In this document: in pieces, positions 7,830 to 18,031 of the stretch
Numbering within the stretch: the first letter of the stretch is position 1
Layout: every line of letters starts with the position of its first letter
Assembly: GCA_024635455.1 (NCBI GenBank)
Contig: JAGXIU010000002.1
Span: 172,309 to 236,308, forward strand
From: Candidatus Saccharimonadota bacterium
GTDB lineage: Bacteria; Patescibacteriota; Saccharimonadia; Saccharimonadales; SLHW01
Length of the DNA: 64,000 bases
Direction of reading: 5' to 3'
Notes under the pieces: model-generated
What the model saw: the letters and a program-made list of their open reading frames with translations, nothing else
What the model was told of the DNA's origin: nothing
Database searches by the model: none
Program-made: the position numbers and the translations under genes

Positions 7830-9493
7830 TGGTCCTGGAGGTAGGAAATGTGCTTATCCCGGTAGTGCTTGAATTCTCGTTTGCTAAACTTGTTTCGTTT
7901 TAGGAACGAGCTTACTTTCTCGCTACCAATAAATGCTGGCATCATGACGTAGCTAGCACCGTACCCATATAGGAGAGCAGCTTGGTCGGAATTATCAGCA
8001 TGACAGATGACCACAGCATCTTTGTTTACAAGTTCTAGGTGGCGGAGTAGCTGGACATTGGTGTCAAGGTCCGAAGCGAGACTGACCACTACCTTTACTT
8101 TGCTGAGGTCAATTTCTTCAAGTAGCTCTAGGTCAGTTGCGTCGCCGTAAATATAGGGAATGTGCTTGCGCTCTAGTTCGTCGGCGACATCTGGGTCATA
8201 GTCGATAACGACATAATTGTTGGCAATTTTCTTAAACGCTTCTACGAATTCGTTTCCACCTTTTTTGTACCCGAAAAGCACGGCATCATGTTTGCCGTGT
8301 GATTCGTGCTCGTGTCGACGTTTTTGCCGCTCGAATATGCCTAAATATGGCTCGAGCAGACTGTAGAGCTTATCGGAATAGGTGATCATATAGGTTGAAG
8401 TAGCAATCGTAATAATCGCTACAAGTGTAACTGTGGCTACAATCTCCGTCGTTATCTGGCCACTACGTTGTCCGAGTAACAAGAAAACGAGTGAGAATTC
8501 ACTAATCTGAGCAACTGCTAATCCGGCTTTGAAGCCAGTTTTCTTGGTATATCCAAGTAGCCCAAGAATAGTCATCACAATGAGCGGATTACCAAATAGC
8601 ACCAAGCTAGACATAGCGATGGCTGGTCCGATAAATTCAGTAAAGTTTACAATTTCTAGACGAGCACCAAGTGCTATAAAGAATACAATCAAGAAGAAAT
8701 CTCGTAGTGGCTTCAGGCGAGAAGCCACCTCTTGAGCATACGATATATTAGCTAACGCAACACCAGCAATAAGTGCACCAATCTCAACCGAGAATCCGAG
8801 CTCATAAAATACTGTACCGATACCAAATCCCCATGCGATGGCAAACAAAAACAGCAATTCCTGTGAGCGTGCTAGGAAGGTGGTGAGCGGGAGAACTATA
8901 AATTTGGTAACTGCTACTACTGCTGCAATAACGAACACTCCCGTTAGCACGAGTATACCAATATCGATTGGGCCGAGCTCATTACCGGCAGCCGATGCAT
9001 AAACCAAGGCGAAGGCGACGATTATATCTTGTACGAGCAAGAATCCGATTGATATTTTGCCGTAGAGTTTGTTCTGTTCCTTTTTATCACTAAGCAGCTT
9101 AAGGATAATAATGGTGCTACTAAAAGCTAAGGCGATAGAAATATAGAGCGACTCGGTGCTGCTGTAGCCAAGCAAACGCGTCAAAACACTTGCCAATAGA
9201 ACGGTGAACAGTACCTGACCACCACCGGTGAGCACTGCCGTTTTGCCTACCTCTTTAATAATTCGCGGGTTAAGGCCAAGTCCAACAATGAAAAGCAGTA
9301 GTACGATGCCAAAATCACCAAGCAGTGCGATAGTGTCGGGTGATTCTACGACACCAAAAAATGTTGGCCCAACTAAAAGCCCAGTCATAATGTGCCCAAT
9401 AATCAGCGGCTGCTTGAGCCATCGCATAAGCATAGCGATACTGGCTGCTAGGCAGATGAGTAGTGTGATCTCAGTAAATATATGTCCGTCCAT
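7802..9493 (-). CDS. CPA2-family cation:proton antiporter with a C-terminal RCK/TrkA-N-like domain
   Basis: About 12 TM segments of the Na+/H+ exchanger type, followed by a Rossmann-like domain (VLFGYKKGGNEFV...VVIDYDPD). Its 3' end overlaps nadD by 28 bp in convergent orientation. Confidence 0.85.
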   Translation of the reverse strand: MDGHIFTEITLLICLAASIAMLMRWLKQPLIIGHIMTGLLVGPTFFGVVESPDTIALLGDFGIVLLLFIVGLGLNPRIIKEVGKTAVLTGGGQVLFTVLLASVLTRLLGYSSTESLYISIALAFSSTIIILKLLSDKKEQNKLYGKISIGFLLVQDIIVAFALVYASAAGNELGPIDIGILVLTGVFVIAAVVAVTKFIVLPLTTFLARSQELLFLFAIAWGFGIGTVFYELGFSVEIGALIAGVALANISYAQEVASRLKPLRDFFLIVFFIALGARLEIVNFTEFIGPAIAMSSLVLFGNPLIVMTILGLLGYTKKTGFKAGLAVAQISEFSLVFLLLGQRSGQITTEIVATVTLVAIITIATSTYMITYSDKLYSLLEPYLGIFERQKRRHEHESHGKHDAVLFGYKKGGNEFVEAFKKIANNYVVIDYDPDVADELERKHIPYIYGDATDLELLEEIDLSKVKVVVSLASDLDTNVQLLRHLELVNKDAVVICHADNSDQAALLYGYGASYVMMPAFIGSEKVSSFLKRNKFSKREFKHYRDKHISYLQDHYEAKPLDP

Positions 9494-9842
9494 GTTTGTT
9501 TTCGCTTAACCTTATTATGTAACTTTACAACACTATACAATTGGGCACAAATTTTGGAAAAATGTCTTTACACAATTCTCATGCCTTGGTACTATTACAA
9601 GTACTTCAAGGTATGAATTATGTAATGCACATACCGAAAGAAGACAAAAACATTCAAAAATACAAAGAGTACTGTGGCGAGTGGTTTATGTGCTAGCCAG
9701 TGCTGTTTATAGGGAGGATACGGCGATATGCCTATCAAAATAAAAATAATACAACAAAAGAGGCACAAAGTGGACGTCCAAGTAAAACGCCCAAGTTGGC
9801 AACAATTCATTCACTACTAAAGAGAAGAGTGGTGACCAAAAC

Positions 9843-9875
9843 ATAAACCCGACATACTAAAGTGTGTCGGGTTTA
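9843..9875. repeat. Conserved palindromic hairpin element, copy 2
   Basis: ATAAACCCGACATACTAAAGTGTGTCGGGTTTA, located 26 nt downstream of the minus-strand DsbA-like gene. Confidence 0.8.
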
Positions 9876-9900
9876 TTACTTCTATTTTTTAAGATTATGT

Positions 9901-10641
9901 CTATTGTTCTTCGTCTGGGACGAATTCAGACGGGTCAAAACCCTCTGGTAAGGTGTCGCCCGATTGACTGCCTATGGTTGGATCAATCTCTCCATCCGCG
10001 TTCAGCGGGGAATTTTGTGACGGTTCACCAGTCTCTCGCTCAATGTATTCATCTATAACGGCGAAGAACTCACTGGCATCTTGTGGGTTTTCGATGGGCT
10101 CTTCATTAATGTAGAAGCTTGGAGTACCGGTCACGCCGTGTTCATCAGCCCGTTCACGGTCGGCATTGATGGTGGCAAGCACCTCGCTGCTGCCGACATC
10201 AGCTCGGTACTGCTCCATGTCGAGTTCCAGCTCCTCAGCATAGCCTTCAAAAATCTGCGCAGCGTTGTCTGCCTGCGACCAAGATTGTTGCCGCTCGTAT
10301 ATCAGGTCGTGCATTGGGAAGAATTGATCCTGTAGACCAGCAGCTTCGGCTGCTCGGTGGGCTGACATTGAGTTGGGCAGACTACCGATAAGAGGGAAGT
10401 GGCGGAACTGAAAGCTAATTTCGTCGCCATAGATTTCTTTGATCGAGTCAACCACAGGGAAGTATTGTCCACAAGATGGACACTGGAAGTCACCATATTC
10501 GATAAGGGTAACACCGGATGTTCCCTCGCCAATGACGTGGTTGCTCACCTCGCCGGCCTCAGGTGCGTCTTGTCGGTTGAAATAAATAATAGCGCCAAAC
10601 CCGACTACTAATATCGCCATTATTACTGCAAATCGATTCAT
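9901..10641 (-). CDS. DsbA-like thiol:disulfide oxidoreductase, membrane-anchored
   Basis: N-terminal TM segment, thioredoxin-fold CPSC active site (FQCPSCGQY), acidic C-terminal tail. Confidence 0.8.
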   Translation of the reverse strand: MNRFAVIMAILVVGFGAIIYFNRQDAPEAGEVSNHVIGEGTSGVTLIEYGDFQCPSCGQYFPVVDSIKEIYGDEISFQFRHFPLIGSLPNSMSAHRAAEAAGLQDQFFPMHDLIYERQQSWSQADNAAQIFEGYAEELELDMEQYRADVGSSEVLATINADRERADEHGVTGTPSFYINEEPIENPQDASEFFAVIDEYIERETGEPSQNSPLNADGEIDPTIGSQSGDTLPEGFDPSEFVPDEEQ

Positions 10642-10662
10642 AAAACCTCTGCTCCTCTTCCG

Positions 10663-11757
10663 TTGGATTTCTCTTTATTCACTATTTTATTGTACCATTA
10701 CTGTATGCAACTTTTTATTGGGATTATTCTGTTCCTATCAACGCTTTTTGCGGTTGGCCTACAGCGAGCCTATGAGCACGTGCCTCTTAAGGAACTGCGC
10801 CGACAGGCCAGAGCCGGCGATGCGTTGGCGCAAGGGTTATATCGAGCAGTCGCTTACGGGTACTCATTGCGCGTATTATTGCTGACGTTTTCTGTTGTAG
10901 TCAATGCACTGCTGTACGTGTTTATTGCGCGCACTGTAGATACCTGGTTTGCGGCCTTCGTGATTGTGGCTCTGCTTTGGTTTTTCTATATATGGTGGCC
11001 GGCGCAGGCAGTCCGTCAGTGGATGGTTCGGACCGCCACCTACGTTGCTCCTGCTATTGCTGGTCTACTGCAATACTTACATCCAGTAATCGACCGAGTG
11101 CATACGTTCATACGTCAGCGCAGGCCACTCCACTTTCATAGCGGAATGTATGAGGTTGAAGACATCATATCATTGCTTGAGCAGCAGAATCAGCAAGCAG
11201 ATAATCGTATACCTCAGAGCACGATTCATACAGCAATCGCAGCACTGACATTCAGCGATGTATCGGTAGCCGATACTCTAACGCCGCGTCGCGTAGTGCA
11301 CAACGTGGCAGTTGATGAGAGTGTTGGACCGGTATTATTAACCGAGCTTCATAATAGTGGTTTTTCGCGTTTTCCGGTCTATGACGGCTCTCCAGATAAT
11401 ATCGTCGGTATCTTGCTGTTAAGAGACTTAGTAAACGCACGCAAAGGCGGCAAGATAAAGGCCTATATGAAGCCCAAGGTTTGCTATGTACACGAAGAGC
11501 AAACTTTGCGAAACGCACTTGATGCCGTAATCAAGACGCACCAGCAGTTGTTTATTGTTGTTAATAGCTTCGAGGAGTATGTGGGCGTTATATCGATAGA
11601 AGATATCTTGGAGCGTGTGCTTGGTCAGCAAATTGTTGATGAGTTTGATAACTATGAAAGTATGCGTGCGGTAGCTGCCTCGCAGGCAAAAAAAGATAAG
11701 AAAAACCACGATCACCCTGCAGGTGATGCGTCATTGAGTGCAGAAGTGGTAGAATAA
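10663..11757 (+). CDS. CNNM/DUF21 + CBS-pair domain membrane protein (TlyC/CorB-like)
   Basis: N-terminal 4-TM DUF21-like region, then two CBS-like repeats (DNIVGILLLRDL and EEYVGVISIEDILERVLG). The TTG start at 10663 is uncertain; there is an ATG at 10705. Confidence 0.75.
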   Translation: MDFSLFTILLYHYCMQLFIGIILFLSTLFAVGLQRAYEHVPLKELRRQARAGDALAQGLYRAVAYGYSLRVLLLTFSVVVNALLYVFIARTVDTWFAAFVIVALLWFFYIWWPAQAVRQWMVRTATYVAPAIAGLLQYLHPVIDRVHTFIRQRRPLHFHSGMYEVEDIISLLEQQNQQADNRIPQSTIHTAIAALTFSDVSVADTLTPRRVVHNVAVDESVGPVLLTELHNSGFSRFPVYDGSPDNIVGILLLRDLVNARKGGKIKAYMKPKVCYVHEEQTLRNALDAVIKTHQQLFIVVNSFEEYVGVISIEDILERVLGQQIVDEFDNYESMRAVAASQAKKDKKNHDHPAGDASLSAEVVE

Positions 11758-11817
11758 TCTAGTAATTAAGGTAGTGCGCGAGACGTTACCAGTAAATTTG
11801 AAAAACAAGGATATTTG

Positions 11818-13128
11818 ATGAGAGTTTTGAGTAGAGACATAAAACAACATGTGGGTAAAGAAATCACCATAGCTGGCTGGGTTCACAAAAAACGTCTTTT
11901 GGGCGGTATTACTTTTATAAATGTTCGTGATAGGACGGGGCTGGTTCAGTGCGTCGTTAAGGACGCTGATGAGGTTGAGAAGTTGCGCGGTATGCAGATT
12001 GGCACGATAGTAACCGTGTCGGGCCTTGTAAATGAAGAATCACGGGCACCACATGGAGCAGAGCTACACCAGCCAAAGATAACAGTTGATGTTCCTGTGA
12101 CGGAGCAGCCAGCCATTGAGGTTGATAAGCGGATTGATCATAAGCCAGAAAACCAAGACACTTTATTCGAAAATAGACCACTTAATGTGCGAAACTTACA
12201 AGAACAGCAGATTTTTCGTTTGCGCTCAGAGCTGAACCGTTATATTCGTGAGTTTGCACACAGTCAGGAATTTGTTGAAATTCAAACACCAAAACTACTA
12301 GCTGGAGCAACTGAGGGCGGTGCGGAAATATTTAAACTTGATTATTTTGGCCAAGAAGCAACCTTAGCACAGAGTCCGCAGCTCTATAAACAGATGATGG
12401 TAGGAGCATTTGAACGAGTGTTTGAGATAGGGCCTGCTTTTCGCGCTGAGCCAAGTATGACAACTCGTCACTTGAGTGAGACAACAATGCTTGATTTAGA
12501 AATCGGCTTCATAAAGGATCATGACGAAGTCCTACAAATGGTTGAGAAGATGGTGTTCCAGGTTTTAACAAACCTATATGAAGAACACGCTGATGAGCTG
12601 CAAGAGCTTCGCGCACCAGAGCTTGTGTTGAAGCCTGACTTTCCGCGCTATACAGTGGCACAGGTACATCAAATGTATACCGAGGCGACTGGCGAGGACA
12701 CCACGCAAGAAAAGGATCTCATCCCCGCAGAAGAGCGTTGGATTTGTGACTACGCGAAGGACAAGCAGGGCTGTGAAGCCGTTTTTGTCACCGAGTTTCC
12801 AGTTGAAGCAATGAAGTTCTACCATATGATAAATCCAGAGAATGAAAAAACTGTTCTATGGGGCGACTTATTGTTCCGCGGACTAGAGATTGCGACTTGT
12901 CCACAACGTGAGCATCGCTACGATGTACTTGTTCAGCAGATGAAAGATGCTGGGCTTGACCCCAAGCACCCAGGTTATAAATACTACCTCGAGGCGTTTA
13001 AGAACGGCTTGCCGGCACACGGTGGCTGCGGCTTTGGTATTGATCGCTTGGTACAAAAAGCAATCGGACTGCATAGCGTTAAAGAGGCGACCCTATTTCC
13101 ACGCGACATCAACCGATTAGCGCCGTAG
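11818..13128 (+). CDS. aspS: Aspartate--tRNA ligase, archaeal/type-2 short form
   Basis: Class IIb aaRS. It has an N-terminal OB fold, motif 2 FRAEPSMTTRHLSE and motif 3 GGCGFGIDRLV. The length of about 436 aa is typical of the short AspRS form. Confidence 0.8.
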   Translation: MRVLSRDIKQHVGKEITIAGWVHKKRLLGGITFINVRDRTGLVQCVVKDADEVEKLRGMQIGTIVTVSGLVNEESRAPHGAELHQPKITVDVPVTEQPAIEVDKRIDHKPENQDTLFENRPLNVRNLQEQQIFRLRSELNRYIREFAHSQEFVEIQTPKLLAGATEGGAEIFKLDYFGQEATLAQSPQLYKQMMVGAFERVFEIGPAFRAEPSMTTRHLSETTMLDLEIGFIKDHDEVLQMVEKMVFQVLTNLYEEHADELQELRAPELVLKPDFPRYTVAQVHQMYTEATGEDTTQEKDLIPAEERWICDYAKDKQGCEAVFVTEFPVEAMKFYHMINPENEKTVLWGDLLFRGLEIATCPQREHRYDVLVQQMKDAGLDPKHPGYKYYLEAFKNGLPAHGGCGFGIDRLVQKAIGLHSVKEATLFPRDINRLAP

Positions 13129-13159
13129 TTTATTAGCATATGCGCTACAATAGAGAGCG

Positions 13160-13738
13160 ATGGCAACCTATCAACATCATTCGCAAAAACTAATACGCCG
13201 CAGGATTATTGCGGCCCTTATTATCGGTGGGTTATTGATGCTTATAGCAGTTGGCTGGTTTTTTATCTCGCAACTGCAAGCTGAGCGCCAGTTAACAGCA
13301 GTGAAACCACCAGAGACTTTTGTTGATGGAGAAGGTCCGGCTGCTGATATTTCGGATCGAGTGTTTTCTGAGGCTGAAAAGCCAACAATTGAACTACAAG
13401 AAGTCTATGATAACCAGCGTCGAGATAACATTGATTTGATTCATCGTAGCCTGCAGGCATACTTTGCTGAGAAAGGTGTATATCCAGACCTGACGAATAT
13501 GAATAGCAGTGGTTTTCGGCGGGGTGCTTTTCCCGATATTGAGCAGGCTGACTTTAAAGATCCAGACGATACCGACTCGCGCGTAGTCCTTACCAGGACA
13601 GCACAACGTGGCGTGTACTCCTACGAGCCAGTTGATACGAATGACTACACTTGCGAACCTGTCGACAGGCCGTGCGTAGGGTACACTGTCTCTGCTGTTT
13701 TGAGTGACGGTACTGTTTACTCATTGTCATCAGATTAG
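13160..13738 (+). CDS. Hypothetical membrane-anchored protein
   Basis: N-terminal TM segment (IIAALIIGGLLMLIAVGWFFI). TACAAT at 13146-13151 lies 8 nt before the ATG. Confidence 0.5.
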   Translation: MATYQHHSQKLIRRRIIAALIIGGLLMLIAVGWFFISQLQAERQLTAVKPPETFVDGEGPAADISDRVFSEAEKPTIELQEVYDNQRRDNIDLIHRSLQAYFAEKGVYPDLTNMNSSGFRRGAFPDIEQADFKDPDDTDSRVVLTRTAQRGVYSYEPVDTNDYTCEPVDRPCVGYTVSAVLSDGTVYSLSSD

Positions 13739-13758
13739 TTTTTCTAAAGAGGCATTAC

Positions 13759-13787
13759 TTGTAGCTTAACTAAATAGCTGGCATACT
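13759..13787 (+). promoter_or_regulatory. Promoter-like TTGTAG-17-CATACT, 11 nt before the ATG at 13799
   Basis: Hexamers read from the sequence. No SD sequence lies between the -10 box and the start. Confidence 0.3.
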
Positions 13788-13798
13788 AAGTAGTACAT

Positions 13799-14275
13799 AT
13801 GCAAAATCAACAATCAAATCTTCAGGGGCAAACTGGGCAGCCGGTGCCGAATGTACAAGACCCGCAAGCAGGGACAAACAGTAATCTACAACAAACTCTT
13901 GATTTGCAGAACATCGATAGTAGCCAAACTACCATAGCTGTACCTGGCGAAGGCTCATCTACCACGGCTTCTGTTGGTCAGGATAGCACTGTAGCTAGTT
14001 CTGATTCATCCCTACTAGGTGTAGACATTAGTGCACCACTCTTGGTAACTATTTTCGTAGCAGCTGTCGTAATCATTGGTTTGTTAGCAAAGCTAGCCAA
14101 GCCAAGGCACGAACTTTATCCTGAATCTGACCAAATTGTTGAGACTGACACTAACCTAGGTCAAGCCAGTGACGTACCTATAGACCAAACCGCACCTTAT
14201 GAGAAAAAAACTGGAAATAAAAAAATGACACGACGACAGCGTCGGAACCAAAGCAAGCGCAAGAATAATTATTAG
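13799..14275 (+). CDS. Hypothetical protein with one TM segment and a basic tail
   Basis: Gln/Ser-rich N-terminus, TM segment LLVTIFVAAVVIIGLL, C-terminal RRQRRNQSKRK. Confidence 0.5.
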   Translation: MQNQQSNLQGQTGQPVPNVQDPQAGTNSNLQQTLDLQNIDSSQTTIAVPGEGSSTTASVGQDSTVASSDSSLLGVDISAPLLVTIFVAAVVIIGLLAKLAKPRHELYPESDQIVETDTNLGQASDVPIDQTAPYEKKTGNKKMTRRQRRNQSKRKNNY

Positions 14276-14351
14276 ACATTGCTTGGGTGATTACGCTTAA
14301 GGTTTGCTACAATTATAAGAAGTAATTTTAGCGAGTAATCACGACATCTTC

Positions 14352-16358
14352 ATGAGTAAACAACGAAAACCAGATTTAGCGAAGAATAATTACAGCGACC
14401 TCGAGAAACGAGTCGATGATTTGATGGCGACTGAACGAACGCTGCAGGATAAAAAGGAGCAGCTGGCAGCCGAAGAAAGCGAACTGGTGCCTCGGCCAAA
14501 CTTACCGATGGACGACAAGAAACTTGATATAAAGGTACTACGTGAGGAGGACATCGAGGAGCCAGAAGATGTTGCACTCCCAGTCGCTGACGAGCAGTCT
14601 TCAGCTGAACAGCCGGCAACAGAATCTACGAACGAAGAAGCGCCGAAAAGCGCACCTGATGAGCTCGAGGACACCACGACCGATAAAGCCGTTCAGGATA
14701 TTATCGCAAAAGAAGGTGATACGTCGTTGGCGGTGGCCGACAAGGCAGCTCACCCTCCTGAGCCGAAGCAGTCTTTGCTGAGCAAGCTAAAGCACGCTAT
14801 TGGTAATTGGTGGCGCAGCCCAATCAAGCGAAACAGCACCTTATTTGCTGCCGCGATAGCTATTATATTAGTTGGCATTGTGCCGACTTCTCGTTATTTT
14901 GTACTTAATTCGCTCGGTGTTCGTAGCAGTACATCTGTGCGGGTGATTGACCACAGTAGTTTGCAGCCCCTACGGAATGTCGAAGTGCGGATTGGTGATC
15001 GTGCAGCATTAACTGATGAAACGGGTTACGCAACCCTAAAAGATTTACGCCTTGGCGATCGTGATCTTCATGTGTCACGCCGGGCATTTGCGAACCGAAC
15101 TCTTAATATCACACTTGGCTGGGGCAGTAACCCACTTGGCGAGTATTGGCTATACCCAACTGGTAGTCAGTATGTATTTGTTCTTGAAGATTTCTTGTCA
15201 GGGAGTGCAGTCAGTGAGGCGGAAGTTATTAGTGACGATGTCAGCGCACTTGCAGACCAGGATGGTCTGGCCCGCTTAACAATAGATGCAGAAGACGACG
15301 CTCCGCAGCTGAATGTCAATGTGTACGCTGAGGGTTACCGGACGGAGACGGTTGTTATAGATGCAAATACGACCGAACAACAGACTATACGTTTAGTACC
15401 CCACTTGAGGCACTTTTTTGTATCTGAACGCGATGCTCGGCGAGACATCTACGCGATAGATGCAGATGGTGAGAGCGAAGAGCTTATTTTAGAGGGCACA
15501 GGCTATGAGAACGATAATATGACTCTGCTTGCTCACCCTGACTATAATCGACTGGCAGTGATTTCAACGCGTGAAAATGTGCGCAATGACGATGGATTTC
15601 TCCTGAGTAACTTAACTATTATTGATGCCGATGATGACTATCAGGAGACTATTGCTACGTCAGAGCGCATTCAGCTTATCGACTGGTACGGCGATTATTT
15701 GGTATTCTTGCAGATCACCGAAGGTGCCAGCGGGACTAATCCTGAGCGCCATCGGATTGTTCGCTATAATTATCGAACTGAGCGCGTCATAACACTGGCC
15801 ACCAGTAATTACTTCAATAGCGTCATGCCGGTTGGTCCGTATGTTTACTTTGCGCCATCAAGCATATTCCAGGAAACAGAGACAAACTTGGAGCGGATAC
15901 ATGTGATTGATGATGAGCGAGAAACGGTGTTAGAGCGAGAATCTTGGAGCTTATTTAGAACTAGTCTGAATAATCTCACCATAGCAACGAATAACCAGTG
16001 GTATAACTACAGCTTAGTAGATGATACGAACCAGGCGTTGAGCGAAGCGCCAGTAAACCCGCAAAACAGGTTTTATAAACAAAACCCATGGGATGACACT
16101 ATTTTTGCTCGTGCCGAGCGGCGTGATGGTCAAGGTCTAATTGTCCTGGAGCGTACTGATCAGACTGGCGAAGAAATCCTACAAGAAGCGCCAGGTGCTG
16201 GTTATCCTCTGCGCTGGCTCAACAAAACAACCGTTGTTTATCGTGTAAATACACTCGACGAAACAGCTGATTACGTCGTTAGTACAGAAAACGGTAATAC
16301 ACAAAAAATCGTCAACGTGACACCAGCCTCAGCAACAGAACGATGGTACAGTTACTAG
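14352..16358 (+). CDS. Large hypothetical membrane-anchored protein (668 aa)
   Basis: Acidic, disordered N-terminus and one TM segment (TLFAAAIAIILVGIV). This is followed by beta-rich repeats that look carboxypeptidase-regulatory-like and TolB-propeller-like (DIYAIDADGESEELILEG). The domain assignment is tentative. Confidence 0.55.
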   Translation: MSKQRKPDLAKNNYSDLEKRVDDLMATERTLQDKKEQLAAEESELVPRPNLPMDDKKLDIKVLREEDIEEPEDVALPVADEQSSAEQPATESTNEEAPKSAPDELEDTTTDKAVQDIIAKEGDTSLAVADKAAHPPEPKQSLLSKLKHAIGNWWRSPIKRNSTLFAAAIAIILVGIVPTSRYFVLNSLGVRSSTSVRVIDHSSLQPLRNVEVRIGDRAALTDETGYATLKDLRLGDRDLHVSRRAFANRTLNITLGWGSNPLGEYWLYPTGSQYVFVLEDFLSGSAVSEAEVISDDVSALADQDGLARLTIDAEDDAPQLNVNVYAEGYRTETVVIDANTTEQQTIRLVPHLRHFFVSERDARRDIYAIDADGESEELILEGTGYENDNMTLLAHPDYNRLAVISTRENVRNDDGFLLSNLTIIDADDDYQETIATSERIQLIDWYGDYLVFLQITEGASGTNPERHRIVRYNYRTERVITLATSNYFNSVMPVGPYVYFAPSSIFQETETNLERIHVIDDERETVLERESWSLFRTSLNNLTIATNNQWYNYSLVDDTNQALSEAPVNPQNRFYKQNPWDDTIFARAERRDGQGLIVLERTDQTGEEILQEAPGAGYPLRWLNKTTVVYRVNTLDETADYVVSTENGNTQKIVNVTPASATERWYSY

Positions 16359-16400
16359 GTTATAAATCCTTAGAATTGATGTGACATACTGAGGGCTGAT

Positions 16401-17210
16401 ATGGACGCAGCTACAATCAAGGCTTTCCAGTATACGGTTATGGAATATTATCGACTGCATGGGCGTAGTCTAGCTTGGCGATCCAAAGAACCGGACGACA
16501 CACATTATGCTTATAAGGTGCTCGTATCAGAGATTATGCTCCAACAAACACAGGTATCGCGTGTGGAGCCAAAATTTCGAGACTTTCTAGATTCGTTTCC
16601 GGACATTCACGATCTTGCTAGTGCCTCACGAGCTGACGTATTGCGTCTATGGAGCGGGCTTGGCTACAATCGCCGCGCTATTTACCTACAAGAGGCAAGT
16701 AGGTACCTCGAGCAGGTCACGCAACCATGGACTATCGACCAACTCATTACTTGTACGGGTATTGGCTATAATACTGCGGCTGCAATCTGTGTTTATGCGT
16801 ATAATCAACCCCACGTATTTATCGAGACAAACGTTCGGACGGTTTATATCCATCATTTCTTTCAGGAGCAAGATGTGGTTGATGACAAGGAAATTTCACC
16901 AATAATTGAACAAACAATGGATGTGACTAATCCTAGGGAATTTTATTGGGCGCTAATGGACTACGGCTCATGGTTAAAGGCGCGCGGCAACCAAAGCCTC
17001 AGGCGGAGCAGGCAATACAGTCGACAATCAGTATTTCAGGGATCGCGCAGGCAACTACGCGGTCAAATAATACGTTTACTAACAAAAAATGGTTCGCTAA
17101 CAGTAACTGAAGTCGAAGAAATAATAAATGACGATCGCTTGCATACCGTGATTGATAATCTGAAGCGCGATGAGTTGATAACAGTTCGAAGTGGGCGGCT
17201 TTCTTTGTGA
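16401..17210 (+). CDS. MutY/Nth-family HhH-GPD DNA glycosylase-like protein without Fe-S cluster cysteines
   Basis: SEIMLQQTQVSRV and GLGYNRRA motifs as in MutY. The region where the C-x6-C-x2-C-x5-C cluster normally lies has no cysteine. There is no NUDIX-like C-terminal domain. Confidence 0.7.
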   Translation: MDAATIKAFQYTVMEYYRLHGRSLAWRSKEPDDTHYAYKVLVSEIMLQQTQVSRVEPKFRDFLDSFPDIHDLASASRADVLRLWSGLGYNRRAIYLQEASRYLEQVTQPWTIDQLITCTGIGYNTAAAICVYAYNQPHVFIETNVRTVYIHHFFQEQDVVDDKEISPIIEQTMDVTNPREFYWALMDYGSWLKARGNQSLRRSRQYSRQSVFQGSRRQLRGQIIRLLTKNGSLTVTEVEEIINDDRLHTVIDNLKRDELITVRSGRLSL

Positions 17211-17278
17211 TATATACAAAGTACTTATGCTATTATCGTATAAGATAACCAATAAACATATAAGGCACGCACGATAAT

Positions 17279-18028
17279 ATGGACCCAAAGGAACAATCAC
17301 CAGAAGCCAGTCAAAACCAAAAGCCTGCTAATCCGCAGAATCCCCCAATTGTTAATGACATTTCTACGCCCCCAGCTCAAACAAATGCTCCGCAGCCAAA
17401 CCAGCAACAACCGGATTCACAACCAGTTGCTGATCAATCTCCTGTGCCGTCAAACCCTGCTATAAAATCACCACCCCCAGAACAGGAGCAATCAGACGTA
17501 CCAGCGCAGGCAGCCGCAGCGACGGACCAATCTTCGCAAGCCAATGATTCTGCTACAGACAACCCACCTAAGCCAGCACCAACTCTCGGTGCGGCGAGTC
17601 CCGTAGAAGATACACCAGAAAAAATAGACGACTCAGAAGCGATATCGAATAAAACTGATGAAAAACCGGATAAAAAAGCCAGTAAGGCACCCAAAAAAGC
17701 AAAAAGCAATAAACCTGTTGCCTTTATAATCTTTGCAATCGTGATCGCGCTTATTCTTATGAGCTTAATCGTTATGTCTTATATGGAGCAGGCTGATGAA
17801 GACGCTGACCCGGTGCCTGCTAATCAAACGCAGCAGATTTCTGAAGTGGATAATTCAGCAGCAGAGCAGCAAATAGATGAGCTACAAAGTGAAGTAGACG
17901 CGCTAACTGAAGAATTGGCGGAATCCGAGCAAGAACTTAATACATTAGATCAAGGCTTTAACGATATAACTGAAGACCCGGATACACCCGTCAGTAATAC
18001 GGTTGATAATCAAGAAACAACCAACTAG
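17279..18028 (+). CDS. Hypothetical Pro/Gln-rich low-complexity protein with one TM segment
   Basis: PQ-rich N-terminal half, TM segment FIIFAIVIALILMSLIVM, acidic coiled-coil-like C-terminus. Confidence 0.5.
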   Translation: MDPKEQSPEASQNQKPANPQNPPIVNDISTPPAQTNAPQPNQQQPDSQPVADQSPVPSNPAIKSPPPEQEQSDVPAQAAAATDQSSQANDSATDNPPKPAPTLGAASPVEDTPEKIDDSEAISNKTDEKPDKKASKAPKKAKSNKPVAFIIFAIVIALILMSLIVMSYMEQADEDADPVPANQTQQISEVDNSAAEQQIDELQSEVDALTEELAESEQELNTLDQGFNDITEDPDTPVSNTVDNQETTN

Positions 18029-18031
18029 GGC

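Noticed and set aside
9595-9810. 71-aa minus-strand ORF, and a 30-aa plus-strand ORF with a strong GGGAGG RBS (about 9738-9830), in the kef/dsbA intergenic region.
   Set aside because: The 71-aa ORF is Cys/Phe/Ile-rich and AT-skewed with no RBS. The 30-aa peptide has an RBS but no recognisable family. Neither can be supported from sequence alone.
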